A stretch of 64,000 nucleotides of DNA from Paramecium tetraurelia (Eukaryota): assembly GCA_000165425.1 (NCBI GenBank), contig CT868618.1, positions 124,001 to 188,000 of the forward strand, read 5' to 3'. Position 1 is the first letter of the stretch. Every line of letters begins with the position of its first letter. Position numbers and translations under genes: made by a program. This document shows, one piece after another, positions 15,501 to 28,771 of the stretch. Below the pieces are notes generated by a model. The model ran no database searches. It worked only from the letters and a program-made list of their open reading frames with translations, and was not told the DNA's origin.

Positions 15501-18500
15501 AATCAAATCTACAGTGTAAAATGACATAAGTCCATATATTCTGAATGTTTCTTTATATGATTTAGAGAGGACTTTAAATTAACAATAGATTCAAATTACA
15601 GATATTGGAGCAATCAATAATCTCATGGAATATTTGAGGTTGAGGAAGCACTTCTTAAATATCTAATTAGAGATGAAGGTTCAACATAGAATACATAAAA
15701 AAATACATGGATATCAAAAAATGAGCAAAACAAATGACTTGTATTTTAAGAGCAATTTAGTGGAAACGCAAAGCCAATATAAGAAGAACCAAGCTGTAAA
15801 ATATTGTTTTTCTCCATTTTGTTTTGAGATTGATGCGACCTAAGAAGTGCCTTTTATTTTGTTAAAACAATTTGAATTGTTAGTATTCAATGATGTGATC
15901 GAAGAATTTAGAAATATCTTATTATACGATTAGATCAATGTGATGTTTCTCTAAACTTAAAATGAATTGAGATTTAACTATATTGATGATTATATCAAAG
16001 CTTAATTAGATCTGAAGCACTTTGCATAGGTTGGGTACTTGCCCCAAAACTCAAAATTAACCATAAAGCAAATCAGTTAATATGAGTTCAATGATAAATT
16101 GTAAATGATTAACATTAACACCTAGATTATTAGCAAGTCTGCCGAAGAAGCCTACAGAAATAGATGATTATTTGAAATAAGCCAAGTCCGTGAAAGCTGA
16201 ATTATTTATCAAATACGTTAATAAATACAAGGAGAGACCAAGAGTCAACTCTTTCCAAAGTGATAAAATGCAGATTTTAAGTATAAAAAAGGATTAGAAG
16301 TAAATCATCTTACATATTAAAGTTTAAAACTATATTTAATAAAACGCTTGATTTAAGATTTCTTGAGCATCACACAACATGAAGCCATAAAAGTTGATAT
16401 TTTCTCTAAGGAAATGAGAATTAAGAGAATTTCATAAGTAATACCTAGTTCAAGCTAAATTGATAAGAGTTTCTTTCTCTCTTTCTAAGAAGAGCAAACA
16501 GTTTATGTGCAATAATTTAAAAGGATTGCTGAGAAATTGGAAACTCACATTCACATTGATCAATTTTATTCCAGAGATGACTTTTAAAACCAAAAGCAAC
16601 AGGATCCAAATAGGGAACTCAGGTAATACTATAAATCCATACATTAATACTTGATGGAAGTGTTGAGACACAACACAATATTTCTAAATTGGTTTGAATT
16701 AATGCATATGAATGAGCTGTACTTATTCAATCTATCATTTGATTACTATGATCAAACTAAAGAGATGCTCTATTAGGGTAAACTCGGAAAAAATCCAATT
16801 AAAAGTGTTTTGGAGTATGATAAGTAAGATATGCGTTGATAATTAGGAATCAAATGGATATTAAATAATGCATATCAGATTAAGTAATAGAGCAACGTCC
16901 TTTGGTAGCTTAGGCAATTGATAAGATGATAGATAAAATTAAATCCTTTTATTAAATAAACAAAGCCTTTGAACCTTTTCTTTAGTAAATAGAGTTATTC
17001 AAATCGAAAAGCAAAATGACTGAAATCACACCAGAGATTAAGCAATCATACTTAAATCTGTATTCCAAAACCTATTACATTTATAATCAATGCAAATTCT
17101 TCATATCAAAAGATGTAATAACAATTATAATATTATATTAGTATCCAGACTCTGAGTATTACTACTAGTATTAATAGATCAATTAATGTCTTTTCTTGCA
17201 ACATCAATTCAGCGCTGTTAATCTAAATTTCTTCAAAACCATATATGTCAGATACCAAAATATGTATAAGGTTAAGCAAAAAGACTTGTATAGAAAATTC
17301 AAGAAATTGAACTCCAATACATACTCTGATGAAATTAGAATGATCAACTTAGTCTTGCCCATAAATAATGAGAATCTGTTGACTCATTATCATAATGAAT
17401 AACATTAAAATGTGAGTTTGATGTTGTAGGTCCCAGGAGTAATTGGAGTCAATGAAAGGATTATGCTAAGGAAACAGAATGTAAATGAGATTAAAGAGTA
17501 ATGCATTTCAACTCTTTTGTCAAATACATATGTTTTACTACAAAATCCCTATATCTATAATATGAGCAGTGTGGAATTGAAATTGTACTACAATGATCTA
17601 GAAATATAATTGAAAGATTAAAAGATCACTTTAAAAGAATTGGTGTATAATCAACTTACCAATACTTCAATAAAGGCCATGAATGAGAATGTTCATCTGT
17701 TGCAATAATACTTGAACGTCGCTCCAGAGTACATTGAAAAAGCAGAGATTATGGATAAATTAGTGTCTAAAATAAACATTGCTATTCCAAGAGTGAAATT
17801 CATACAAAGTTTACAAAGCACTCTAAGTCAAAAGAGTGGAGAAATACATAGCGCATTGAAGATAGCATTCATACAAGGATTCTTGAATAGATTGAGGAAC
17901 AAATCAATTCAAACCAATCTTTTGGTTAGTGGAATGGGTTATTCAATAAGTTCCTAAGACATCGAGGATTGTCTCAATATTTTGAATAGAGATTTATACA
18001 CTTTTGCTGAAAATGAAATTGCTGCAAGAATGGAAACGTTCAATTTGATTTATGAGTAATAAAAGACTTAGATTAAGTAATTGAATAGATAATTGAAAGA
18101 AAAGACTTTGGAACATGATTAATTGAAGTAATCTTTTGATGAAAGATTATAAGCACTTGTGATAGCAAAAAGTAATAAGATTTTATTTGATTTGGATATG
18201 CTAAAATCGAAATTTAAGGATTATCAGAAGTATCTAATTAATTGATATACATAGGTGTACATTGGGATTAGAGGAGAATATTAGAGAGTAAATTGAGAGT
18301 AAATACAAAATTCATGTTGAACAATTGACTTTCGAGAGAGACAGAGTAATCGAAAAGTTTATGGACCTAAAATAATAGTTGATAACTCTATTTACTCAAG
18401 AAGTACAAACAAATTAAGACGCCCTTATTAAATTCATTTAATAGAAGACCAATGAAATGTTATCAGAAATTCCTTTGTATAAGAGATCGCATAGTTAGGG

Positions 18501-19045
18501 TAATGATCTAAATGAGAATGGTCATCAGGGAGAACAACACTAAAAGGTTGAATTGCTTTTTGAACCCTACAAATTCACCAAGGCCTTGCATCAATTAAAG
18601 GATAAATGGCAATAAGAGACTGAAGATTAGAAGATCAATTATGAGAAATAGATTTAGTAAACTTTTAAATTCTATTCTTAGATTTTATAAATAACAATGT
18701 TTGGAATTTGAAGATTTATAATTGTAATTGAATGAAAGCAAAAGAAAAGAAACTACTATGAAAATGGAGATTATCACTTTACAATAGACAATCAGTCTAT
18801 TGATCAAGTAGAAGGATGAATATGCTGAATAAATTGATTAATTAAAGTTTGAGAAAAAGCGGATATTGAAGGCCAACGATGATTATTAATAATAGTTGAA
18901 ATAGTATAAGGAGAAGTTCAAAACTCAGGAGAAGAAACGAAATGCAATATCAGTTGACAATTATTCCATGACTTAATCAATTGTTGAAAGGAAAACCTTG
19001 CCGAAACTATTCAAAAGTGAACAAAAACCCAAATTAAAATTATGA
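12505..19045 (+). CDS. Giant (~2100 aa) helical/coiled-coil protein, CCDC162/DUF4549-like
   Basis: Open reading across multiple 22-27 nt introns. Segments VDDVEIYLR...LKWM and VDRFQCALDCLEQEAIYQFQKLKLVQTYMKIF...PLLDLESFYFKDSY resemble my recollection of CCDC162. Confidence 0.6.
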
Positions 19046-19059
19046 TTAAATAATTTAAT

Positions 19060-20460
19060 ATGCAATAATAGACATACATTGAGAGTAGTTACAGTAGTCA
19101 TAGCAGTAGTAGCAGTGAAAACGAGAACAAAGATGTTCTTTTCTCGCCTGTATTTAATTCTTAGAATACATTAGTTTAGGGATGCAAACGAGATACAATT
19201 GTTATCTGAGTAATTTGATATAACCAAGTGGTCCAAACATGTTTTGCCGCAGCAATCTTAAGTGGAAAAGACTCCAAAGCCCAATAAAAAGCAAGTGGGC
19301 AAAAAATCTAAGAATAAAGTCAATACATCTTCATCCATTTCACCTTAGAAAAAGAAATCAAAAATCAAGAGAGTAAATAGACCAACCCTCTATGTAGCCC
19401 AAAATGAAGGACATCAAGCCTTTAAATTTAGAAAGTGAGAAGAATCTGTTTTTTACCATGAAAGCTGCATACAATCCACAATTTGAATATGTTGAAGTCA
19501 AGGTTTGATCTAAATTGTATTCAAAGGAACTTGGTCCAGAACAACCTCATCGCAAATATGAAGAAATTGCATTAAAAATTATTGATCAATGTATTAAAGA
19601 ATTTGGTTCCGATTTGAAATATGCAGAACAAGAAGGAGGGAAACTACTGTCAATCGAAGAAACTGAACATTTCTTTAATGATTATATCCATAAGTTAGGT
19701 GTCCAAGAACTTATATCATATGAATTTCAAGATCACACTGTGGCTCCAACAAGTGTAGTTCACCATCCAACTGATGGCAAAAGTAAAGTTATTATAGGGT
19801 TGCCAATCAACTATCGTATCAATCGGATTGAAGGAGTACTGAATCATGAGATCGGAACTCATTTTATTAGAAAAATAAATGATAGATAATAACAATGGTA
19901 CAAGAAGAGGTATTAATTAAATTGATCAAGAGTTAAATATCACATGGAACCATACTTAAAACATGAAGAAGGGCTGGCTGTGCTTAATCAATTACTACCG
20001 TAGGCTCTTAAATAGAAAGGCAAACCTTACTTATTCATGGCTGCTTTGCATTATATTTCTGTATATTTATATATGTTAATGTCAGTCAATATTGGCTAGT
20101 TAAATGAGTTTTGCAAAGTTATTCCATGAACTAAGATACTTTATTTAAGATGATGAAGCCAGATTCAGAGAATGTTTGAGAGTCAAGAGAGGAATGAAGG
20201 ATACATCATAACCAGGAGGAATGTATAAAGATCAAGTGTACTTGACTGGAGCAATCAAAATATTAAAATATAGAGGCAAACTAAACTTTATTCATTTGCA
20301 CAGTGGAAAAATAACAATTAAAGATTGTATTCGTTTTGGAGAAATTGGATAAATATATACAAAAAACATTTATATCCCTCCATTTTTACAAGAACTGGAG
20401 CAGTATAAAAAAGGTTTGGATAAGATAGCATAATAAAATTTCATTAATTTTGCATGTTGA
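19060..20460 (+). CDS. MATCAP/KIAA0895-family (DUF1704) tubulin carboxypeptidase-like metallopeptidase
   Basis: YNPQFEY, GVLNHEIGTHFIR (HExxxH), EEGLAVLN, CLRVKRG, KDQVYLTGA; K/S-rich N-terminus. Confidence 0.88.
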
Positions 20461-20685
20461 GACTATTTATAAAATATAAATTAATTTTTTGATAGATTAA
20501 ATTAATTTACATATTTATATCCTTAAATATCATTTAATTGTTCAGTAATTATTTAAGTTTTCTTAATATTTTAATCTCTATTTAATGTTTGAATCTTTTG
20601 AACTAGAAGATGTATCAATCTGAATTTAAATTAGTTTATTGAATTTATTCTTTTTTAATTATAACATATATAATAATAATAATAA

Positions 20686-22043
20686 TCAATGACTTGTTAA
20701 TTTAACTATAGTATAGATAAATGAACACAAACCTCCACATATTCCAAATGTTAGAATTCCATTATAAATGAATTTACTCTTTCTTTTTGTTTCATCTTTC
20801 TCAAAATATTTCTTGTGAATCAATATTGGAAATAGAAAATTCAAAGAAGCTCCCCCAATGGCTCCAAGTATGTTCACAAAGTAAGCAAATTTAGGTATAG
20901 AATAGCCGATCAATCCTAGTAGTAAATTGATAAATGATCTGATTGCTAATCTACGGAAACTTGAATATTTGAGTTCAGGATTAATGTAATTTTTTAATTT
21001 TTCGATTCTCTCTATTTATTAAAATGCTGGCAACACTTAAAGAGGGTATGAACAGATCAATCCAAAAGCATAGCAAATTTAGATTACATAAGATAGAGGG
21101 TTTTTATCAAGGCAAAATAAGATGATTTATTGAGTTTCCATTCTACTGCCCAAACCCCAAACTGATAACAATGTAAATGCTAGAAATAGTCCTAAATTGA
21201 AATATGAAACCACATTGAAAAGCTAATGGATAGAAATACTGCCTTACATTTTTAAATTAAGTAGGTTCTGACATTGTGACTCTGATTGCAAAAGCAAGGG
21301 GAAGCACTCCAAAACCATAAGCAGTCACTCCTATAATCATAGGAAATTACTCAAAGTGTGCCAAATTCATCACGTTCTCTTTGATTCCTTCTCCCTCAAG
21401 TATTTGATAGAAGTCATAGACTAAACAGATAAATTCAAACTTTCTTACAAGCAATGTAGACTAAGCCAACGAGGATGAGAGTATTAGCAAATAAACTTAA
21501 TTTAGCAAATCGAGCCATATTGTCAATAAAAGAAAGAGGAAGCACAATACAGAATGCCATTATCAAATATATCCAATTACCCGCTCCAGATTGACTATCA
21601 ACATTTGAAAATATGTGAGCAAAGAAGGAAATAAAAAATATTAAATAAGCCACAGCCTTCCCTAATTGATAGGCGATCAAAACGACTTTAGTAATTTGTT
21701 TCCCCTTCTCCCCATAAGTGACTTCTGCCACTTCTGTGAGACCTTGATTTTCCTTGTTTTCTGCATTTGCCACTTCGATCAAGTAATGAACGCACAACAT
21801 TAGCATGTAGGCACTTATCAAAAAGATGAATACTGCCAAAAGCCACCCTCCAACATAAAAACTAAATGGCATTGCCAATATTCCTGATCCCACATATCCC
21901 TTAATAAGTGTCATAGCACTGTCCTTGTATGTTCCCTTCACAGGTGCCTTACCTGTGTACGGTTTTTAATGCATATAAACTTGATCGAATTTTTTCTCTG
22001 CCTCCTGGTTTTAGTTATTAACGCTCTCATAAACTTGAGACAT
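20686..22043 (-). CDS. Amino acid transporter (AAAP/SLC36-like)
   Basis: TLIKGYVGSGILAMPFSF...GW, multiple TM helices, LGAIGGASLNFLFP. Confidence 0.9.
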
Positions 22044-22167
22044 TTTTTAATAAATAGATTTAATATAACAATTCTTAATCATTTTTAAGAAGTTTAAGTC
22101 ATTCCATCAATAACTTAATGATGCCGAATGAGAATAATAATAATCTGTATTAATATCATAGTCATTA

Positions 22168-22432
22168 TCAATTCTTGCGTATATTCTTATTGATTGGATA
22201 TTGGGGTTCGCCAGTTACCTCATCAAGGTCTGGAGCTGCTTCTTGCTAAACTCTTTGAAATTCATACTCTTGCTTCCAAAAAGAATTCATTATAACCCCT
22301 AAACACTGTATAGACATTGTAGGCGATAAGACACAGGATCCCATTAACCACATATACATGAGCCTTGTTCGCCATCTTGAAGCCCTTAGCCTCGGCCTTC
22401 GATAGCAGAGCATCCAATTTTTTCCAAATCAT
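22168..22432 (-). CDS. Small single-pass membrane protein (~80 aa), possibly COX14-like
   Basis: MIWKKLDALLSKAEAKGFKMANKAHVYVVNGILCLIAYNVYTVFRGYNEFFLEAR + 22-nt intron + QEAAPDLDEVTGEPQYPINKNIRKN*. Confidence 0.65.
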
Positions 22433-22560
22433 TATATAAAATAACACAATTATATTTAGAATATCAGAATTTTATTATGATCATAAAATGAAAGACACAC
22501 ACCCCCTCCCCAATTAAAATTAGTACTCAATCATAATAGATTTCAATCTATATAATATAT

Positions 22561-23609
22561 TCATTTCTTTTATAAGAATTTAAGTAATTAAGTTCCTTAA
22601 GTATTTTTAAGGCGTCCATTAGATATTTATTTTTACAAAGCCATCAAACTCTTACCAACCTGTTCGAAACTCTAACTCGAGACTGTTTGCTCTTACTTCT
22701 AGGAGTCAAACTACTGCTAAGATAAAACTATTAATCAACCTTGGACAATCCCTTATACTTGTTCATTTACACTTATTTTTCAGGACTGGTTGCTTAATGT
22801 TACAATTCGTTGGTTTTATCCGAGCGTTAGAGTTTGTGCCTCACATTTTCCCTTTATCTTTCAGTTTCTGTAATTTTGGATTCGAGAAATTGCTGAGTCT
22901 CATCATTCATTCTCTGCAACCCTAATTCTCTTTTGGCAGAAAGTTGTCTTCTTCCTTTTGATAGGGATCGATCAGCATCTGTATGACAGACCTTCATGAA
23001 AGTCTTGAAATTCGCCTCGTAAGTAGAATTATGAAAATTCTTTTGGACCTTATTTTGAACGAATTTGCCCAAGCGCTCAAAAGCAGATGGAGTTTTCCTA
23101 TGAATAATTTCCACAGGGGAGTTCTCCTGCAGCTTCTTGTTTTGTTCCTGCCATAAATTATATTAGATACTTTAATAATCTACTCCAATGATCTTATTTT
23201 ATCTTGTTACTATTACATTAGGAGATCCTTCTCCGCAGTAATTTCTTCTATCTTCTATATCAAACCTTCGATTTAGAGTTTCTGCTGTTGTTCCACTCTG
23301 ATATGGGAACGTACTGAGGCTTCAAGATTTTGTATAATGGATTCATAATCATTATTGATGTGTTCTTCCAGTTACTCCTCAAACAACATCTTGATTCTAG
23401 TATGGTATTAAATAACATAGCAACCGATTCAAATACGCTACAATTTACAGAATGTATTCATATTATTATATTTCAGACTATCCACAAATCTCTTTGGTAG
23501 TCAATTTATTCATTTACTAATAAGATTCCACGACATCCTTATATGTAAAACATTATACTTTGTCAATTATATCGAGCACATCTATTAATAGCTATTTTAT
23601 ACTTTGCAT
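22561..23609 (-). CDS. Hypothetical coiled-coil protein
   Basis: ORF with small introns; heptad-rich YESIIQNLEASVRSHIRVEQQQKLQIE segment. Confidence 0.7.
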
Positions 23610-23799
23610 AAATATATATAAATTAATAAAAACAGCAAGATCCTTTTACTATAGAAGTGAATGAGAAAAGAGTGATTATTTATTCTTGGCTATGAAATCC
23701 GAATTGTCCTAAAATTATTAATTAGAAATTAATATGAGGAAATTATGCAATAAAAGATGGTCACTGATATTTATAATTGATAAATTAATATATATATAA

Positions 23800-25355
23800 A
23801 TGTTGAGTTTGTATCGAAACCAGTTGGCAGGCCAATAAAAGAAGGTGCTTCTGATTGGAAGTGGTTTGATGGCAGAAGCTGTCATTGATTAATTATTGAA
23901 GAGAAATGACGTACTATATGGATACATTTTTAGAATTTTGTCGTTGTTGCTTCAGCTCATGTGGAAGATGCTAAAAAAGTGACTCAGAACAAGGAGAGAT
24001 GTTCAGCCCATCATTTAGACGTGACAGAAACAGATGAACTCAGAAGATTTGTTAAGAATTCCGACATTGTGATAGCCTATATTCCACCATAATTTATTGT
24101 TCCTATAGCCAAGGTATGTGCAGAGATAGGCAGATCCATGATTACATCACAATACACATTCCCAGAGATCAGAGCCTTGGAAGAGGAATGTAAGAAAAAG
24201 GGAATAATCATGTTGAATGAAATCGGTTTGGATCCAGGAATCGATCATTTGGCAACAGTGAAAGTGAGAGATGAAGTGTATGCAAAAGGAGGAAAGTAAG
24301 ATAGAGAATATAATAAATTTAAGAATCATCGAATATGAGTCTTGGTGTGGAGGTGTCCCAAGTCCAGAGTTCTGTGATAACCCTTTTGGCTATAAATTTT
24401 CATGGAGTCCCTTTGCAGCCATAAGGAATATCAACAACGATGCCAAGTACTTAGAAAAAGGAGTTTAAAAGTATATTCCAGCATTCTGAGTTACTTTACT
24501 CAACAGAAATCATCCATGTGAATCCATCACTACAGATGGAAGGATATCCAAACAGAGATAGTTTACCATATTAAGAATTGTACGGTTTGAAGGATTGTTA
24601 GAAACTAGTGAGAGGCACTTTAAGATATCAAGGACATTGTGTGTTGATGGCAGCAATGAAGGCTTTGGGATTCGCATCAGAGGAGGTCATCAAAGTTGAT
24701 AGAGAGATAAGTTGGTTCGAATATTTACTGAGCAATATAAGGTTTGAGTCTTGTTCAACTATGTTTTTGGCCAATCATCACATTACTCAATTGGCTAATA
24801 CTATCGATTAGAAGGTGTTTACGTTAGCTTAATTGGAAACATTGTTGACCAAAGTGTTCAATCGTGTGTTCTCTTAATACTATTACAAAGATAAAAGTGA
24901 AGAATAATTATACAAGGATGCAGAATAAATAACTTATACTTTGAAGTGGATGGGAGTGTTCGATCCTAAAAACTTGATATTGAACAATGTAACTCATGTC
25001 CACAACTTTGCTGCTCATCTATAAACTCTTATGAATTATAAATAGGGTGAAACCGATTTGGTAGCCATGCAACACATCTTCAAAATTGTTTATCCCAATG
25101 ATCCAAGAGTGTATGTCAAAAAGTCCACTATGGTGAAGATTGGACATCGAAATGGAAAGTATTCTATCATTTATATCCTTTAGATCTGCCATGGCCATTA
25201 CAGTGGGTGTCCCAACTGCTGTAGCTACTTAGTTGATTCTGGATGGATAGATCAAGGTCACTGGAGTTCATATGCCAAACATCTCAGAGATCAACACTCC
25301 GTTGTATGAGGAACTCAAGAAGGAGGGCATCTATTGTGAGGAGGAAGATTATTGA
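23800..25355 (+). CDS. Saccharopine dehydrogenase (L-glutamate forming), with an internal +1 frame break
   Basis: KVLLIGSGLMA, NEIGLDPGIDHL, SWCGGVPSPE..NPFGYKFSWSP, EGYPNRDS, RGTLRYQG, SAMAITVGVP. In-frame TGA at 24487; the conserved sequence continues in the +1 frame. Confidence 0.9.
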
Positions 25356-25482
25356 GATTGCAGTTATCTGAATATGTATAGATTATTCCAATTTAATATT
25401 TTATCATGTTGTCCCTTTAAAAGAAATAAAAAGTAATTAACATATGCAAATATATATATATTTATATGTTATACTAAACAAA

Positions 25483-25783
<301 letters not shown>

Positions 25784-25875
25784 TGAACTTGATTTAATTT
25801 TTAAATTTATTAATAACTATCTTCATTTTATATGATGCAAATTTATATAGTACTTTTAATTTGTGAATTTATCAG

Positions 25876-26869
25876 TCAAATTTTACAGGTTATCTACATT
25901 TCGGACATTCCAATCGAGCCTTCAACCAGTCCGATATACAACCCTTATGATAAACATGATAGGGATGACAATCCAATCTTACGAACTCTTCCCCTTCAAT
26001 AAATTCAGACAGACAAATCACGCATTCGTTATCATCACTTATCTTGTCCAATCCCACCGTCTCCACCTTTAGCTTATTTAGGTTTTCTTGGCTTGCCCCA
26101 ACTCTATTAATTTTTTAAAGACTTTGTATATTGATACAATAAGCAAAAGGTAACACCACTACATAAATCACAAATATTAATATGGGAATCCCTAAAGTGA
26201 TATACCTCAGTATCAAATAAGTGAAGGCCACTCCCCAAGTGAAATCAAATTCAGAATCCCCAATTTTGCAAGCTCCATACAAGTTCTTGTACAATTCCAC
26301 CTACGTGAACAGGAAGACCACCACGTCCAATCTACAAAGTCTTAGCAATATTCATACAATATGGTCAAATATTTAATGAACTTGTAGCAATTGTGATAAT
26401 CAGATATAGCATCAGATAAGTATTTAGTATTAGCGAACGAGTATTCAGGATAGGGTAATCGATTCTCAGTTTCACTTGAGTCTATCTCTCCCAAATCATC
26501 CCATATTATCAATAATAAATATAACATTTGAAATGCTTACTATATTGAATTTTTAAAGTACCATAGCATTAACTATTATAGCTAAAATGAAAAATTCTCT
26601 TAAAGATGTATCCACGCAGGGTTCCGGCAAAAAACCAAAGGCCAAAAATAACAGCAAAAGCTCTATAAAGGAAAATATCAATTTGAAAACAGCCTCATTA
26701 CGCAGGTTCTTCAATACAATTATTTAATTAGATCTAAATGCTTACATATTTGCAGTACTCTAAGCCATCTAGTTTTCTTATTAATGTTAAATTAAATCAA
26801 CATACCTAATTGTATTATATTAATAATCTGTTAATCAGTTAGTTATTCCTCAGGAGAAATCTACTGCAT
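25876..26869 (-). CDS. Multi-pass membrane RING-H2 E3 ligase-like protein
   Basis: TM helices followed by CVICL...C...HVYHKGCISDWLKARLECPKCR. Confidence 0.85.
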
Positions 26870-27104
26870 AAGTTTTGATCCTACTTTTATATTAATTATA
26901 ATATTTTATTCAATTCAATTAGAACTTATTTTTAGTGAATGTTAGATACAAACGTTTATGAATCAGGTAGACACTTAAATTCAAATTGATTTAACTATGT
27001 TTATTTGTGACTGTTTCATTTTTTCAAGTCTAGTAAAAAATAAAAAAGAAAATACATTTTATTAGCACCTAATAACTTTAAAATAAGAAAACAATATAGG
27101 ATTT

Positions 27105-27680
27105 ATGGACAATCAATAATTATGTGTATATTTTGGATAAATCTCATAATTTATTATTAGGTCAAGATTATTAAAATTTTGGTGGAGAATAAATCTATAT
27201 ACCAAAATTCTAGATGTTTGAATATTCTTATTGCGTTATTAATTAAAACTATACTATCAGTTTACTTTCAATATATTATTAACTATTTCAATATGATTAT
27301 TGTAAGAAGAACAACAGGAGGTATCTTTACTTTAAAATCATTCATCATATATTAAAACTATATAAAAAGATCTTTCTAGAGGTTCAAGACCATTTGATAA
27401 AATAGATAAGGGTTTTTTTCGTTTCAAGAAAATGCAAGGATGAAAACCTATGAGATTAACAATAAGAGAATATAGAAAGTATTTAGAGCTATTAATGATT
27501 ATTTTGATATTTTCAAACCCTATAAAAGTTAGATGGAATTTAAAACTGAAGAAGGTGGATCCTTAACCTTATACGAAGTTAATATTGTAAATCGACCATA
27601 TACATTTTATATTTGAAAGTACCAAATTATTAAAGCATTTTCCAACTTAATTTGATGTTAAATAGACGCTTTTTTTGATT
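27105..27680 (+). pseudogene. Possible degraded gene relic
   Basis: Protein-like stretch (MKTYEINNKRIQKVFRAINDYFDIFKPYKSQMEFKTEEGGSL) but every frame I tried is broken by TGA. Confidence 0.2.
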
Positions 27681-27810
27681 GATTAGCTGTTAAAACCATC
27701 TCTATAATCCATTATCTATTACAATAAATAACTCATAATAACTATTCTTGTGAAGTTGTTCGATATAATTTTAAACATCAATATTATTTATTTAACGAAT
27801 TTAATATAAC

Positions 27811-28752
27811 ATGTCATCCATACCTTCTATGAATTTGTTCAGTGGACCACAAATCTAAAAGACTAGATCTATTTATCGTCCTTTTGGAACTCATGAATCT
27901 AATTACTATTCATAGCCTCCCAAATAATTCTATCCGGAAAAATATTCCTCAATTCCATCTTATCATGAATATTTGGCAAATCAAGGAAGACCAGATTATA
28001 ATTAATCCTATCCTGAATACATAGATAAAGAACATTATGTTCCTATTAAACATGAAAGTCCTTTTTAAACACTTTACAAGTATGATAAAACTAATCCTAC
28101 TCCTAAAGATGCCTTTATTACTCCGTATCGACCTAAAGTACCAACAGATGAAGAAATTTAAGAGCATATTCCTATTATTGATTTAGTGATTGAATAACAG
28201 AGGTTTTACTCTCATTTTTCAGATCATGGTCTCCCTAAAGGGTATGCCGAAAAAGATTATCAAAGAGAATTAGAAGACAGATATAACAGAGATCTAACAC
28301 AACAAATTAATAATGGCTTTAAACTACAAGAAACAAGAACTAAGAAGGAAATTGATGATTTTTATAGAAATATTAAAGTTGCGGTAGATGAAAGAGGAAG
28401 AGTTCAAATTAATAATATTAGACAACCATAACAAGTCTAAAAGGGAGTTTCCACTATTTATAAGACAACTGAAGACACTGCTAAAGTTGCCAGCAATTTA
28501 CAACCATTTGATAATAATTCCTATCAATAACCTAACAAATAATAAGAATAACAATAATATATTAACCACTTTTAAGGATCTTTTCATCCTTATTAGTAAC
28601 CTACTTAATAGCAATAACAATAATAGTAGCCAATTCATACAGAAGAAAAGGCTCCATCTGAAAAAAACTCAATTGTAATACCAATACCTGGTGATTCAAA
28701 TTTATAATAATCATAACTTGAATAATCGAAGGTAATTACTAGCAATGATTGA
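27811..28752 (+). CDS. Hypothetical P/Y/Q-rich protein
   Basis: Intronless ORF MSSIPSMNLFSGPQIQKTRSIYRPFGTHES... to TGA at 28750. Confidence 0.75.
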
Positions 28753-28771
28753 TATATAAATAATTTGATTT

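Noticed and set aside
24487..24489. In-frame TGA as selenocysteine or readthrough in saccharopine dehydrogenase
   Set aside because: Homology continues in the +1 frame, not the same frame.
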